DNA from: a virus
Virus record (IMG/VR): IMGVR_UViG_3300017917_001123
Span: 267,571-331,570 of that record
Length of the DNA stretch: 64,000 nt
Reading direction: 5' to 3' (one strand)
In this document: in pieces, positions 18,370 to 28,042 of the stretch
Layout of the letters: each line of letters begins with the position of its first letter
Position numbering within the stretch: position 1 is the stretch's first letter
The notes under the pieces: generated by a model
Told to the model about the DNA's origin: nothing
Databases searched by the model: none
What the model saw: the letters and a program-made list of their open reading frames with translations, nothing else
Position numbers and translations under genes: made by a program

Positions 18370-19659
18370 ATGTATCAGATTATTCAAGAGCTTGAAGCAG
18401 ACAATAGTCGCCTTGCTAAAGAAGCAATCATTGAACGTGAAAAAGATAATGCTGAATTGTTTGAGGGCTTTGAACTTGCCCTAAGTCCATACATTACTTT
18501 TGGTGTTAAGAAAGTCCCTACACACGGTGGTCCAGACGGGCAAGGACTTCCTTGGGACGCATTTAAAGAACTTTGTCATCTTCTTAGCACTCGTCAGCTA
18601 ACTGGCGACGATGCTCGTTCTGCTATTGAACTAGCCCTTGGCGCAAGCACTAAAGCTCAATGGAATGATTGGTACCGTCGAATTCTTATTAAAGACCTCC
18701 GTTGCGGCGTTAGCGAAAAAACTGTAAATAAAGTTAAGAAAAACGCTGTACCAGTGTTTGAATGTATGCTGGCACACGACGGAGCCAATCATGAGAAGAA
18801 AATTAACGGTCTACGACTCCTCGAACCAAAGTTGGACGGTGTACGATGCCTCACAATCGTCGACTATGAATCTCGAACCGTGGTTCAGTACACACGAAAT
18901 GGCAAAGTATTGGAAAACTTTAGCCACATTACAGATAGCCTTCTTGCTAACATCGATGATATTGGTCGATCATATGTTCTTGACGGAGAAGTCGTTAGTC
19001 ATAGCTTCCAAGACTTGATGAAGCAGGTACATCGCAAAGACGATGTAAAAGCACAAGACGCTCGGCTGATGCTGTTTGACATTTTGCCTCTTAGCGAGTT
19101 TAAGAAAGGCAAGAGCATCATGGGCCAAAAGCGCCGTAGCAATCTACTCAAAACCCTCAAACCCATCTTTGACAAGTGCGGTAGCATCGATGTTATTCCG
19201 CAAATTGAAGTCGACCTCGACAGCTATGTGGGAGAACTTCAATTCAAAGAATTTAACAAACAAGCAATCGAAGACGGCTTCGAAGGCATTATGATCAAGG
19301 TGCCAGATGCGGCATATGAATGTAAGCGAAGCACTAGCTGGCTCAAAATTAAACCCTTTATCGAAGTGTCGCTAACTGTAGTTGGCATTGAAGAGGGTAC
19401 TGGTAAAAACGAAGGCCGACTTGGCGCATTAATCTGTGAGGGTGTAGATGACGGAAAAACTATCTCTGTCAATGTTGGATCGGGCTTTACTGACGACCAA
19501 CGTTCTGAATTCTGGTCCGATCAAGGATCTTTGGTTGGTCAAGTCGTGGAGATCCGCGCTGATGCGGCGACTCGGAGCCAAGATAGCGAGGATGTGTGGT
19601 CGCTACGTTTTCCTCGTTTTCTCCGATTCCGAGGTTTCAAAGCAGGTGAAAAAATTTAA
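18370..19659 (+). CDS. ATP-dependent DNA ligase
   Basis: Adenylation motif I 'EPKLDGVRC' (KxDG). Length and 'EGIMIK' motif fit the T4/T7-like ligase family. Confidence 0.85.
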   Translation: MYQIIQELEADNSRLAKEAIIEREKDNAELFEGFELALSPYITFGVKKVPTHGGPDGQGLPWDAFKELCHLLSTRQLTGDDARSAIELALGASTKAQWNDWYRRILIKDLRCGVSEKTVNKVKKNAVPVFECMLAHDGANHEKKINGLRLLEPKLDGVRCLTIVDYESRTVVQYTRNGKVLENFSHITDSLLANIDDIGRSYVLDGEVVSHSFQDLMKQVHRKDDVKAQDARLMLFDILPLSEFKKGKSIMGQKRRSNLLKTLKPIFDKCGSIDVIPQIEVDLDSYVGELQFKEFNKQAIEDGFEGIMIKVPDAAYECKRSTSWLKIKPFIEVSLTVVGIEEGTGKNEGRLGALICEGVDDGKTISVNVGSGFTDDQRSEFWSDQGSLVGQVVEIRADAATRSQDSEDVWSLRFPRFLRFRGFKAGEKI

Positions 19660-19660
19660 G

Positions 19661-19921
19661 ATGGAAAAATCAGCAGTTAAAGACTTACTATTTGGGGGCA
19701 TCAATGAGTTGATGCGTGACCGAAGATACTACTATCACAGTTCGGTAGGATCGGGTTACAGTTATTGGACTGATGAAGGCAAGGAAGCCCTTATTGAGTA
19801 TATGAATGTAATGGGCTGGAAACTAAAGGAAGCCGAAGAGGCCGACTTGAATAAGCGTTCGAAGGATATGGTAATGAACGCATTAAAGGGAAAGAATCTT
19901 GACGGAAGTAAGAGTTCTTGA
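19661..19921 (+). CDS. hypothetical protein
   Basis: The ORF track gives 19448..19921, but that overlaps the ligase 3' end. The internal ATG at 19661, right after the ligase stop, is taken as the start (MEKSAVKDLL...). Confidence 0.4.
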   Translation: MEKSAVKDLLFGGINELMRDRRYYYHSSVGSGYSYWTDEGKEALIEYMNVMGWKLKEAEEADLNKRSKDMVMNALKGKNLDGSKSS

Positions 19922-20507
19922 TAATGTAGTACCTGTAGAAATACAGGATAAGGTGCTGGACATGGTTCAGCACCATCGCTTCAATTGGCATTTCGCACCT
20001 AGTAATGTCTATGAAGACGATGAAAATCGTGGCCAGACTTTTCTGGACAATCAAACTGTAGATTCTTATCAGTTTTATCATTTGTTTCTACAGACTCAAA
20101 TGGGTTACAACGAGCCTTTCTATCAAAATTTTAGGCCGTTAATTCAAGAGATACAAAAGTCGTTTGATCTACAAAGCCGAAATGTCTTGCGTGTTAAAGC
20201 AAATATGCTGACTAACAACAGACGTTTCTATCCACTGGCGTATAATCCTGCCCATGTGGATAATGAAGAAGAACATTGGGTAGTTGTTTACTATGTTAAC
20301 GATTCGGATGGGGATACAGTAATTTTCAATGAAACTTACGGTTCTTCGTTTGATAAACTTACCGAACAGGCAAGAGTTTCGCCTAAGAAAGGCAGAGCTG
20401 TATGCTTTCCGGGTAAGTATTTTCACGCTAGTTCAAATCCTATCAATTCGGAGTGGAGATGCGTGTTTAACATTAACCTGTCGATGACAGGGCCCATTGT
20501 TCTATAA
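19899..20507 (+). CDS. 2OG-Fe(II) oxygenase superfamily protein
   Basis: HxD 'HVDNEEE', distal His 'KYFHASS' and basic 'RCVFNIN' fit the 2-His-1-carboxylate facial triad plus the 2OG-binding residue. Confidence 0.55.
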   Translation: MTEVRVLDNVVPVEIQDKVLDMVQHHRFNWHFAPSNVYEDDENRGQTFLDNQTVDSYQFYHLFLQTQMGYNEPFYQNFRPLIQEIQKSFDLQSRNVLRVKANMLTNNRRFYPLAYNPAHVDNEEEHWVVVYYVNDSDGDTVIFNETYGSSFDKLTEQARVSPKKGRAVCFPGKYFHASSNPINSEWRCVFNINLSMTGPIVL

Positions 20508-20523
20508 GGAGATGTAACTCAAA

Positions 20524-20739
20524 GTGGCAAAAGACGATTGTATCGTAATGTTCGGTACTGTTGAAGAAGTACTACCCAACGCAATGTTTCGCGTTAAGCT
20601 CGAAAGCGGACAATATGTTCTAGGACATATCTCTGGTAAGATGCGTCAAAACAGAATTCAAATTCTACTAGGTGATAATGTCAAAATTGAAATGAGTCCA
20701 TATGATTTGTCTAAGGGACGAATAGTTTATAGACAATGA
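20524..20739 (+). CDS. infA: translation initiation factor IF-1
   Basis: 71 aa, GTG start. '[60 protein letters not shown]' is near-identical in pattern to bacterial IF-1 ('...HISGKMRKNYIRILTGDKV...[12 protein letters not shown]'). Confidence 0.85.
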   Translation: MAKDDCIVMFGTVEEVLPNAMFRVKLESGQYVLGHISGKMRQNRIQILLGDNVKIEMSPYDLSKGRIVYRQ

Positions 20740-21536
20740 TCCCTATCATTACAGGTTCTGACGGTTATATAGGAACCAACCTATCCCAGCTATTCAATAA
20801 GCACAATAGATCTTTTGTTGGGCTTGATCGCAAATCAGGTCCAGATCTCCTGAGTGCCGAGGGCAAGGATCTTTTTGAGGAATGTGCTAGTACAGCGGAT
20901 GTAGTTATACATCTTGCGGCTCGTCCTCGAATTCCTCCTAGCTGGGTAGATACTACTGCTTATATTCGTGATAACATTGAGCTAACAGAATATGTTGCTC
21001 GAATATGCGCCGAACAAGGCTGTCATTTAATATTTGCTAGTTCTAGCTCTGTTTACGGGAACGGAACAGGTCCTCTGAATCCCTATGCTTGGACTAAAAA
21101 AGCCGGAGAGGACATTATTCGTATCTACGGCGAAAAAGGACTAAGTTACACAATTTGTCGCTTGTTTACTACCTTTGGCAATAACGGACCCTTGGTTTTA
21201 GATAAGTGGCTCAAGCAAAGCCTAGCCGGAGAACCTATAACACTCTACGGCGATGGCACACAAAGTAGAGATTTTATTCATGTAGAGGATGTAGCAGATG
21301 CTCTTTACTCTGCTTATCTTGCCAAATTAGACAAAGAAACGCTAGATGTAGGCACAGGCAAAGCCCACAAACTACAGGATATTGCGGACTGGTACGGGAA
21401 CGAAATTATTCGTGGTCCTGCTCAAGAGGGCTATGCTCACAGCACTCAAGCGAAAGCCCAGCGAACAATGGAATTGCTCAACTGGGCTCCTAAACGTCCA
21501 GTAATTAGTTGGATCCGTTCTGGCCTAGATATGTAG
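20736..21536 (+). CDS. NAD-dependent epimerase/dehydratase (SDR family)
   Basis: N-terminal 'ITGSDGYIG' GxxGxxG and 'YAWTKK' YxxxK catalytic motif. Ends in TAG. Confidence 0.65.
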   Translation: MIPIITGSDGYIGTNLSQLFNKHNRSFVGLDRKSGPDLLSAEGKDLFEECASTADVVIHLAARPRIPPSWVDTTAYIRDNIELTEYVARICAEQGCHLIFASSSSVYGNGTGPLNPYAWTKKAGEDIIRIYGEKGLSYTICRLFTTFGNNGPLVLDKWLKQSLAGEPITLYGDGTQSRDFIHVEDVADALYSAYLAKLDKETLDVGTGKAHKLQDIADWYGNEIIRGPAQEGYAHSTQAKAQRTMELLNWAPKRPVISWIRSGLDM

Positions 21537-22038
21537 CCCAACTTGGGTGCGCCATGTGAAATGGCAACTTCTTACGTTGTTCAATAAGTTCCCAATAAGT
21601 AGGCTTATAAGGCTTCTTCTTAGGCACGATTTTCTTGTTGTTACCCTTGTTTGCGTTACATGGAGAACAGGCAGTCGTTGCGTTTTCAAAGGTAGACTTA
21701 CCACCGTGCGATGTTGGAACCACGTGGTCTAGGGTAGCAGTCTTTTTATTGACTTCGGTACCGCAGTACTGGCATTTAAATCCGTCGCGAAGAAATACGT
21801 TCTGCTTAGAGTAGCGAACGCCTGTTTTCGGCTTCATGTATTCTTTTACCATAATAACAGCCGGTACAGGAGTAGACCAGCGAGCTGATCTAACGACCCA
21901 GTCGTCGTGCCATTCCAATACAATAGCTTTGTCCAAAACCATGTATCGAATAGCTTCCTGCCATGTAATTACACTCAACGGAAGCATTGAAACTGGGCTT
22001 CCGTCTGTGTTTAAAACTAAAACGTCTGACATAATCAC
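21505..22038 (-). CDS. HNH homing endonuclease
   Basis: 'CQYCGTE...LDHVVPTSHGGKSTFENATTACSPCNANKG' is a canonical HNH motif. Free-standing, opposite strand, overlaps the 3' end of the epimerase gene. Confidence 0.8.
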   Translation of the reverse strand: MIMSDVLVLNTDGSPVSMLPLSVITWQEAIRYMVLDKAIVLEWHDDWVVRSARWSTPVPAVIMVKEYMKPKTGVRYSKQNVFLRDGFKCQYCGTEVNKKTATLDHVVPTSHGGKSTFENATTACSPCNANKGNNKKIVPKKKPYKPTYWELIEQRKKLPFHMAHPSWATYLGQNGSN

Positions 22039-22120
22039 ATATTTAGTGGGGGTTAAAACAGCTTTTAGTATAACAGATCACAATGGTTTAATCAAGAGCT
22101 CTAGGCAATAAATACGCAGT

Positions 22121-22387
22121 ATGAGCCGCCAAAAATCACTATTACAAGAATATACCGCCGATCCAAAAGCTATAAAAGAAGCACGTTCTGAGCCCTTTCC
22201 AGAGCCAGTAATCGACCGCAGTTTGAGCTTTTTACGTGCTATTGTGCTAGATTTACCCATCCAAACGGGTAGTGTAGTAGAAAGTACACAAGAATATACC
22301 GAAATGGAACGAGCAATTATGGAAGGTGGACACAGTTTAGAAGAAGAACAAATGGCAATGCTTAAAAAATTAGCAGGATTAAAATAA
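22121..22387 (+). CDS. hypothetical protein
   Basis: 88-aa ORF immediately upstream of the fibre genes. Confidence 0.4.
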   Translation: MSRQKSLLQEYTADPKAIKEARSEPFPEPVIDRSLSFLRAIVLDLPIQTGSVVESTQEYTEMERAIMEGGHSLEEEQMAMLKKLAGLK

Positions 22388-24145
22388 ATGACAACAGCGA
22401 CAATTCTTTTTATTAACACAGGAACATCTGCTAATAAGGGCGACGGTGATAGTCTACGCCTAGCATTTCACAAAGTAAACAAAAACTTTGAGCTTTTAGG
22501 TGTTACTACAGGTTTCGACACAAATGCTGTCAAAGATACAGTTTCGGAAATTTTAACTCAAGGAACACACTACGGTATTTCATATCTGTACAACACAGCA
22601 ACAAACGTAATTATTTCTAGTTTAACTACAGCAACAACTGATCGTTTAGGCGGTGTTAAACCGGGATCGGGAATTTCTATTACCGCAGACGGTACAATTT
22701 CTGCGGCTACTGCTTATGTGCTACCTATTGCTACAGCAAACCAATTAGGCGGTGTGCGTGTAGGTAATGGCCTAGCAATTGATCAATTTGGTGTGCTTTC
22801 AAATGACGGCGTTACAGCATTCCGTCCTAATGTAAGTCAACCATTTAGAACAGGTAATATTACATTACAATCAACAGACATTAGTTTTGCCCTAGGATTT
22901 ACTCCTCTTAACGCAAACCTAAAAGGCGCCCTAAACGGCGTAGCAGAATTAGACGGTACAGGTAAGGTTCCGTTAAGTCAAATGAACGAGGCAGTTCTTG
23001 GAGGATTGAACTTCCAAGGAACATGGAACGCAAGTTCAAACAATCCACAGATACAAAGCGGAGTTGGTACTAAAGGTTACTACTATAAAGTCAGTGTAGC
23101 AGGTACTACTAGCATTGACGGGATTGGTATTTGGAACGTTGGTGACTTAATTCTTTATAATGGTACTGCTTGGCTAAAGATTGACGGTACTACAACAGAA
23201 GTTTTATCTGTTGCAGGCCGTACAGGCGACGTTGTACTTTCTTTTACAGACATCAACGGAAATATCGATCGTTCTGCGTTCAGCGCAACAAGTACAGCAA
23301 CTAACCTAGCACTGGGCACAGTTAAGTTAGGTACAGGTCTAGTAGGTGCGGTAGACGGAACAGTTAGTGTATCTGAAGCACTACTTGGAAGTACATTACC
23401 TGCCACAACATCTACACTTGGAGTTATTAAAGTTGGAGATGGTTTATTAATTACTCCAGACGGTACATTAAGTGCTGTTGTTGGTAGTTCTGGAAACATT
23501 ACTTTCCAAGGCAACGAAATTAGAACTATTGAATTAGATACTGATCTAGTTCTTCGTCCGACCAGTAACGTAGTAAGATTCTATACAACATTGTTACATA
23601 TGGGCGGTAATAACAACTTGTTGTTAAGAACTAACCAATTTTTAAATGCAGGTCTAGCAACAGATTCAACAAACTTCAGCTTACGTATTGTAGGTGATAG
23701 TAACGTAGGTACTACATTATTTGATGCTGGTATCTACAATAGCCCAATTGCAACCACTGGTTGGTCAAGTAAGATGCTGTTAACAAAGAATGGTAACTTA
23801 ACAGTTGCTGGTACGTTGCGTGTTAACGGTGTGGGCGGAATTACATTTGCGGACGGATCAACTCAAACAACCGCAGCCGCATTAACTACAGCAACAACTA
23901 CAGCAGTCGGTGGTATTGTTGTAGGCAATGGTTTGACAATAGATGGTGCTGGTGTTCTTAGCGTTGTGTTAGGAACAACAGGCGGACAGATTACGGACGT
24001 AAGCGCAACAAGAGGTACTATTACTTCTGGAACAGAACCAGGTGATCCAGGTATGGTATCTTATGACGGTTCTTATCTATATCTATGTATTGCTACAAAT
24101 ACATGGGCAAGGATCGCAATCGTTGACGTTCCAGGACAATGGTAA
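22388..24145 (+). CDS. tail fibre protein (repeat-containing)
   Basis: 585 aa, Thr/Gly/Ser-rich. Recurrent 'TTATxxxLGGV(K/R)xGxGLxIDxxG(V/T)LS' repeats typical of long tail fibres. Confidence 0.6.
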   Translation: MTTATILFINTGTSANKGDGDSLRLAFHKVNKNFELLGVTTGFDTNAVKDTVSEILTQGTHYGISYLYNTATNVIISSLTTATTDRLGGVKPGSGISITADGTISAATAYVLPIATANQLGGVRVGNGLAIDQFGVLSNDGVTAFRPNVSQPFRTGNITLQSTDISFALGFTPLNANLKGALNGVAELDGTGKVPLSQMNEAVLGGLNFQGTWNASSNNPQIQSGVGTKGYYYKVSVAGTTSIDGIGIWNVGDLILYNGTAWLKIDGTTTEVLSVAGRTGDVVLSFTDINGNIDRSAFSATSTATNLALGTVKLGTGLVGAVDGTVSVSEALLGSTLPATTSTLGVIKVGDGLLITPDGTLSAVVGSSGNITFQGNEIRTIELDTDLVLRPTSNVVRFYTTLLHMGGNNNLLLRTNQFLNAGLATDSTNFSLRIVGDSNVGTTLFDAGIYNSPIATTGWSSKMLLTKNGNLTVAGTLRVNGVGGITFADGSTQTTAAALTTATTTAVGGIVVGNGLTIDGAGVLSVVLGTTGGQITDVSATRGTITSGTEPGDPGMVSYDGSYLYLCIATNTWARIAIVDVPGQW

Positions 24146-24165
24146 AAACTTTTTAGGATAGATAT

Positions 24166-27100
24166 ATGGGTATTAAGATTTCACAACTGCCAACACTGAC
24201 TCTTGGAAACATCAGAGATGCTAACCAATTGCCAGTAGTTGATACTACAACACTAGGTACTAAAAAAGTTACCATCGGTGACATTAAAACCTATGCGACA
24301 CAGGGATTAAGTGCGCTGGCGTTTTCTGGAAGCTACGCAGATCTAGTTAACGTTCCAACAACGTTTCCAATTCCTACAGCTAGCCCAACAACGTTGGGTG
24401 GTATACGTGTTGGTGGATTTTTAAATATTGACCAAAACGGTGTTCTAAGCGCAGACCCTGGCTTCTATAACATCAACGTAGGTAACGTACAGATTAACTC
24501 TGCCAATGGCGCATTAAACGTTATTGCTGGTAATAACGTAACTATTGACGCAGACGATCTAACTAACACAATTATTATCAACAGCTCCGGTGGCAGCGGC
24601 GGTGGCTCTGGCAACGTAGGAAAAGCAAACACAGGAACATTAGCAGTTTACTTTAATACTAATACCGTAACAGGTACAAACATTACAATCGAAGGCGGAA
24701 GTATTACTACTGACGGAGTAGTAACAGCCGCAGGCTTTGTTGGCGAAAGACTTACCGCAACTAGCATTGTTACTACAGTAGGCGATTTAATACTAGCACC
24801 AAGCGCAAACGTTTCTGTAACAGGAAAACGTATCGTTAACTTATCAACACCAGTTGGTTCAAACGATGCGGCAACCAAAGCCTACGTAGATGCTCAGACA
24901 AGTCGTGCGTTTGGTAAAGTTTCTGTTCCAGGACAGGGACTAGTATCAGCAACTTCTGGTACAGATACATTAAACTTTGCCGCAGGTAATAACGTTACGC
25001 TTTCGACTAACCCTGCTACAAAGACAGTTACTATCGCAGTTAACAATACACTATCTTTTGCTCTATTACCTGCTACAACAAGTAGTATCGGTGGTGTTAT
25101 CATTGGCTCAGGATTGTCAATTGACCAAAACGGTGTAGTAACTGCTTCGGCTCAAGCTCTTACAACCGCAACAACAAGTACGCTCGGCGGAATCATTATC
25201 GGTGATGGACTATCAATTGACGGCAATGGAAGATTAAGTTCAGCCGCTCAGTTTGTTCTTAATACTGCGTCTTCAACAGTTGTTGGTGGTGTTAAGATTG
25301 GTTTTGGTTTACAAATTGATAGTCAAGGTACTATTAGCGTACCAACACAAGTTTTAACAACAGCAACTAAATTCTTATTAGGTGGTGTTAAGATTGGTAA
25401 CTCGATTGCTGCCGCGGTAGACGGAACAATTGATGTTAACGTAGGTCAACTAACTCCAGCAACTACATCTTCCTTAGGAGTTGTAAAACCGGGTTACGGT
25501 CTAAGTGTAAGACCAGATGGATCACTAGACTTAGGAGTCGACGGTAACTTTACTATCACAGGTAACCTAAGCGTTGCTGGTGTAATTAGTGCCACAAACA
25601 TTTTTACAACAGGCACAGCAGTTACTATTATTAGTAGTGCTAATGATCTTCAATTACGTGCGGCAGGCCAAGTAATTACAAATACAACATTGTATGTAAA
25701 CACTAGTACACCTGCTACTTCTACATCAACTGGTGCTTTACAAGTGTGGGGCGGAATTGGCGTAGGTAAGAATATTATTACAGGTGAACCAAGTATTATT
25801 GATGGCGTTTATATCAGCGGTTCTCGTACAGCCGGAGGTGTTTACAACATTGCTTTAGGTTCAGGTGCGTTGGGATCTAACGCAGGCGCATCTTATCTAA
25901 CAGCAGTCGGTTATAATGCTCTTCAATTAGCAAACGTAAGTGAAAACTCTGCGTTCGGGTATAATGCTGGTAATTCTTTAACTAACGGCAGCAAGAATAC
26001 ATTCATCGGACAAGCCGCCGGTTCTGGACTGGCAAGCGGAACATTTAACTCTGTATTAGGCCATCAGTCTTATACTGGTCAAGGTGCTAGTTCGTACAAT
26101 ACTATTTTAGGTAGCAATATCAATGCTAACGCTAACCAAGTACAAAGTTACAATACATTTATTGGTTATAATATTGCTAACATTACAAACCGTCCTGGTT
26201 CGTATAACATCGCAATCGGTGGTAACAACCTACAGGCAACAACTGGCACAAGTAACATTGTAATTGGATACGGTGCTGGAAGCGGATTAACAACAGCCAG
26301 CAACCAAGTTATCATTGGTGGATACAACGGAACGGCTATTGCTACACAAACAGGCTACATTAGTCTTGCTGACGGAATAGGTAATCTTCGTGCTCAGTGG
26401 GATAACAAAGGACAGGTTACATTCTTTAATACAGCAACATTCTTTGCCACACAGAATGCTACTAACTCTACAAACAGCGGCGCATTAATTGTTGCTGGTG
26501 GTGCTGGTATTGGACAGGATTTATATGTTGGCGGAACAATTTACTCACAAGGTTCTCCAGTAATTACACAGGCGTATCTTGGTACTCCAATTAGTACAAT
26601 CACAGCAGGTACTGATACTAAAGTAGTTACAGCAGGTAGCGCAGTTACAATTTGGAATACATCGACTCTACAATCTATTACGTCAAGAGGAAACACTACT
26701 TCTAACCCAATTAGAATTACAAGTCAAGCATCAACAACTGGTACTAGTACAGGTGCCTTAATCCTTGACGGCGGACTAGGACTAGCAGGAAGTATCCAAG
26801 CAGGTGGTACTATTAACGCAGGTGCTGACAGTACCGCAAGTTCGATTGCTGAAACTGTTGGTTTATTTGATCGTGGCCGTCGTGTAATGACACAGGCAAT
26901 TTTAACTGGCGACCTAGGAATCGAAGTAACATCAAGTAGCAATACTGCTACTGTAATGGCCTATAACATCAAGAACACTGGTGTAAGATTTATTACTCCG
27001 GGCGATGGCCTTGCTATGTTAGTAAACGGAACAAGTGCGGTTGCTAATGGTACTGGCTCTGTTACACTTTCTGTTACTGCGGGCCTTGAACAAGTTTCTG

Positions 27101-28041
27101 TAAACGGTAATACAACAGCATTCCCGATTAAAGTTCTAAGTACAGGATCTGTTTCAACAAGTTCCAACTCTGGTGCTCTTGTTGTTGCGGGCGGTATGGG
27201 TGTAACTGGTGCTGTTAATATTTCTGGTAGTTTAACTTTAAACGGCGCGGCAATTACAACATCTACTGTGTTTAACGGTGGAACAATTACCGGAGCATTG
27301 TTTGTTAATAATGCTACTGCTAGTACAACTCCGACAACTGGTGCGTTACGTGTAGCAGGCGGAGCAGGTATTCAAGGAGATGTTAACGTAGGTGGAAGTA
27401 TCTTCATCAACGGTGTTCAGTTATCAACAAGTACAATCTTTAACGGCGGTACTATTACTGGAGCATTAACAGTTAATAATGCCACTGATGCTACTTCAAC
27501 CGGAACTGGTGCTATTATTACTACAGGTGGCGTAGGTATTGGTAAGAACTTGTACGTCGGCGGAAGTATTTTTGAAGTAAACGTTGCGTCAGGAACTACA
27601 TCGTTGGTTGGCAATGGACCTTCATTTAGTGCCTATAGGTCGACCACCCAGGCAGTTGCCTCCGGAGCAACACCAGTTAAGATTACTTACAACACAGAAG
27701 AATTTGATACAGATGGCGCATACGACAACGTTTCAAATTTCCGCTTCCAACCTGTAGTTGCTGGATATTATAGAGTTAGTGCGTCAATACAGCAAGGCGG
27801 TACAAGTGCTACTGGCTATTCAGCAATATCAATTTACAAAAACGGTTCGGCATTTAAACACGGTAATCGCTTGCCAAACAACGCTAACTCGGTTGTTGTA
27901 CAAGTGACTGCTCTAATTCAAATGAACGGCACTACTGATTACTTAGAAATCTTTTACGCACAAACAACTGGCGCAAGTATGACTATTGCGGCAAGCCAGC
28001 AATACAATTATTTCCAAGCAGAATTTGTAAGAGGTCTGTAA
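24166..28041 (+). CDS. large tail fibre protein
   Basis: 1291 aa with the same 'LGG(I/V)xxGxGLSIDxNG' repeat family and extreme Gly/Thr/Asn/Ser content. Confidence 0.65.
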   Translation: MGIKISQLPTLTLGNIRDANQLPVVDTTTLGTKKVTIGDIKTYATQGLSALAFSGSYADLVNVPTTFPIPTASPTTLGGIRVGGFLNIDQNGVLSADPGFYNINVGNVQINSANGALNVIAGNNVTIDADDLTNTIIINSSGGSGGGSGNVGKANTGTLAVYFNTNTVTGTNITIEGGSITTDGVVTAAGFVGERLTATSIVTTVGDLILAPSANVSVTGKRIVNLSTPVGSNDAATKAYVDAQTSRAFGKVSVPGQGLVSATSGTDTLNFAAGNNVTLSTNPATKTVTIAVNNTLSFALLPATTSSIGGVIIGSGLSIDQNGVVTASAQALTTATTSTLGGIIIGDGLSIDGNGRLSSAAQFVLNTASSTVVGGVKIGFGLQIDSQGTISVPTQVLTTATKFLLGGVKIGNSIAAAVDGTIDVNVGQLTPATTSSLGVVKPGYGLSVRPDGSLDLGVDGNFTITGNLSVAGVISATNIFTTGTAVTIISSANDLQLRAAGQVITNTTLYVNTSTPATSTSTGALQVWGGIGVGKNIITGEPSIIDGVYISGSRTAGGVYNIALGSGALGSNAGASYLTAVGYNALQLANVSENSAFGYNAGNSLTNGSKNTFIGQAAGSGLASGTFNSVLGHQSYTGQGASSYNTILGSNINANANQVQSYNTFIGYNIANITNRPGSYNIAIGGNNLQATTGTSNIVIGYGAGSGLTTASNQVIIGGYNGTAIATQTGYISLADGIGNLRAQWDNKGQVTFFNTATFFATQNATNSTNSGALIVAGGAGIGQDLYVGGTIYSQGSPVITQAYLGTPISTITAGTDTKVVTAGSAVTIWNTSTLQSITSRGNTTSNPIRITSQASTTGTSTGALILDGGLGLAGSIQAGGTINAGADSTASSIAETVGLFDRGRRVMTQAILTGDLGIEVTSSSNTATVMAYNIKNTGVRFITPGDGLAMLVNGTSAVANGTGSVTLSVTAGLEQVSVNGNTTAFPIKVLSTGSVSTSSNSGALVVAGGMGVTGAVNISGSLTLNGAAITTSTVFNGGTITGALFVNNATASTTPTTGALRVAGGAGIQGDVNVGGSIFINGVQLSTSTIFNGGTITGALTVNNATDATSTGTGAIITTGGVGIGKNLYVGGSIFEVNVASGTTSLVGNGPSFSAYRSTTQAVASGATPVKITYNTEEFDTDGAYDNVSNFRFQPVVAGYYRVSASIQQGGTSATGYSAISIYKNGSAFKHGNRLPNNANSVVVQVTALIQMNGTTDYLEIFYAQTTGASMTIAASQQYNYFQAEFVRGL

Positions 28042-28042
28042 T

